From NCBI GenBank assembly GCA_013360675.1, contig JABWBB010000008.1, positions 54,792-118,791 of the forward strand: a stretch of DNA of 64,000 bases. Reading direction: 5' to 3'. Source of the stretch: Phycisphaerales bacterium (GTDB lineage Bacteria; Planctomycetota; Phycisphaerae; Phycisphaerales; UBA1924). The position numbers and the translations under genes are program-made. Each line of letters begins with the position of its first letter. The stretch's first letter is position 1. Positions 62,668 to 64,000 of this stretch are shown piece by piece. The notes below the pieces were generated by a model. It saw only the letters and a list, made by a program, of their open reading frames with translations, was not told the DNA's origin and ran no database searches.

Positions 62668-64000
62668 ATGGAGATTCGATTCGAACAACCCCTCTGGCTT
62701 TGGCTGGCGCTGGCGAGCCTGCCGCTGGCGGTGGTCGGGTTGATCTGGTTTCGCACGATGAGCCCCGGGCGTCGGATCTCGGCGGTGGTGGCGCGGGCGG
62801 TGCTGGTGGCGCTGCTCGCGCTGCTGCTGGCGGGCGCGTCGAATGTGCGCAAGACCCAGGGTGTAAGCGTCGTGGTGGTTGCGGACGTGTCGGGGTCGTT
62901 GGCGCGGTATGCGCCGGCAACGCGCTGGGCTGATGGAGTGACGCGCGGCGTGAGTGAATCGATCACGCACGCGCTGACACGGCTGGAGACGGATCGGGGC
63001 GTGGAGGATCTGCTGGGTGTGGTGTCGGCGGAGGCGACGGCGCGGGTGCAGGCGATGCCCTCGCGGGCGAGCGTCGGACGGCGCGAACTCTTCGGGGGGG
63101 ATGAGAGCGCGACGGATCTCGACTCTGGGCTGCGATTGGCGAGGGCGATCGTCCCCGCGGAGACAACCGGGCGCGTGGTGCTCGTCAGCGACGGGCGCCA
63201 GACACGGGGCGACGCGGTGGCCGCGGCTCGCGAACTGGCCGGCGCGGGGGTGCGGGTGGATGTCGTGCCCGTCGCGTATGACCTGAAGGACGAGGTGGTG
63301 CTTGAATCGGTGGATGCACCGCCGACCGCGGGTGCCGAGTCGGTGGCGACGCTGCGGATTGCGCTGCGTGCCGGTTCGGCCTCGACGGGCACGCTGCGCG
63401 TCGAGCGCGAGGGATCGGTGGTTGATCTTGACCCCGCGCCCGATCGCACGGGGCGACGCGTGGCGCTCACGCCCGGGCTCAACATCGAGATGGTGCAGGT
63501 GCGCCTGCCCGCGGGACGAGTGCATCGATTTGGCGTGACCTACGAGCCCGATGTGCTGGCGCACGATGCAGGCGGCGCGGTCTATGCGGGGGACACAATC
63601 CTCGAGAACAACACGGGCGGCGCCTTCACGATGACGCCCGGACGGGGCGCGGTGCTGCTGGTCGATGGCGTGGGGATGGGCGAACCGGGGGCGGGTTCGG
63701 CGCTGGCTCGGGTGTGGCGCGAGGCGGGGTTGTCGGTCGAGGTGACGCCGCCAGGCGGAATCCCAACGGGTCTGCTCGAACTCGAGCGGTACGACCTGGT
63801 GGTGCTCGAGAACGTGCCCGCGGACAGCGTGCCCGAGGCGACGCAGGAACAGCTGACGCGATTCGTGCAGGAGATGGGGGGCGGGCTCGTGATGGTGGGC
63901 GGGCCCAACTCATTCGCCGCGGGCGGTTGGAAAGGCTCGACGCTCGAGCCGCTGCTGCCGGTGAGGCTGGACCTGCCCCAGCGACTGATTGTGCCCGAGA
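62668..64000 (+). CDS. BatA-like N-terminal double-TM / vWA-like / GATase1-like (DUF1355-type) membrane protein; 3' end outside the window
   Basis: ATG 62668 lies 3 nt after the previous stop and the frame is open to the window end (hand translated). MEIRFEQPLWLWLALASLPLAVVGLIWF (aerotolerance-regulator N-terminal type), VVVVADVSGS (MIDAS-like), later GGGLVMVGGPNSFAAGGWKGSTLEPLLPV. Not in the ORF track because it has no stop. Confidence 0.7.
   Translation, partial: MEIRFEQPLWLWLALASLPLAVVGLIWFRTMSPGRRISAVVARAVLVALLALLLAGASNVRKTQGVSVVVVADVSGSLARYAPATRWADGVTRGVSESITHALTRLETDRGVEDLLGVVSAEATARVQAMPSRASVGRRELFGGDESATDLDSGLRLARAIVPAETTGRVVLVSDGRQTRGDAVAAARELAGAGVRVDVVPVAYDLKDEVVLESVDAPPTAGAESVATLRIALRAGSASTGTLRVEREGSVVDLDPAPDRTGRRVALTPGLNIEMVQVRLPAGRVHRFGVTYEPDVLAHDAGGAVYAGDTILENNTGGAFTMTPGRGAVLLVDGVGMGEPGAGSALARVWREAGLSVEVTPPGGIPTGLLELERYDLVVLENVPADSVPEATQEQLTRFVQEMGGGLVMVGGPNSFAAGGWKGSTLEPLLPVRLDLPQRLIVPE

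Overview
GC-rich, gene-dense bacterial chromosomal window: about 55 protein genes, no rRNA or tRNA, no CRISPR, no obvious prophage or transposon. A prepilin-like DUF1559-type protein (N-terminus [13 protein letters not shown]), a PEP-CTERM-type protein, several pathway genes present as orphans, and TolB/LptD-like envelope genes suggest a Planctomycetota-like organism; this is inference only. Main blocks: (i) 1-7.3 kb: transglutaminase-like protein, PilZ protein, secreted prolyl oligopeptidase with a C-terminal HMA domain, and a stand-alone topoisomerase VI subunit A/Spo11 homologue. (ii) 7.3-14.4 kb, metal block: a TroABCD/MntABC-type ABC importer whose last permease is fused to a DtxR/TroR-like domain, a divergent MntR with a palindromic operator candidate, and modABC with an apparent frameshift in modA. 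(iii) 17-24 kb: cell-wall recycling genes (amidase, GH20, AnmK, MurQ) co-directional with an AONS/Kbl-family PLP enzyme and a DapB-like amine dehydrogenase. (iv) 24.1-28.5 kb: LysW amino-carrier-protein cluster lysW-X-Y-Z-K, preceded by a small Lys-codon-rich leader ORF and a terminator-like hairpin (candidate attenuator). (v) 31-31.9 kb: a 0.9 kb non-coding region with two tandem copies of a structured element (candidate sibling sRNAs). (vi) 32.8-38 kb: three tandem paralogous membrane proteins with pseudopilin (GspG)-like C-termini. (vii) 39-40.3 kb: a hairpin-repeat-rich spacer and a lower-GC islet. (viii) Housekeeping and envelope genes to the end (thiolase, AspRS, XerC-like, TolB-like, NuoC, LptD-like, M61 peptidase, HmgA-like, TrpD, Bat-like membrane proteins). 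The supplied ORF track contains many long antisense shadow ORFs and N-terminally over-extended ORFs, and it also reports GTG/TTG starts as M. I re-picked starts from ATG/GTG plus Shine-Dalgarno sequences and 4-nt stop/start overlaps. All family calls are by-eye motif recognition; no database search was run.
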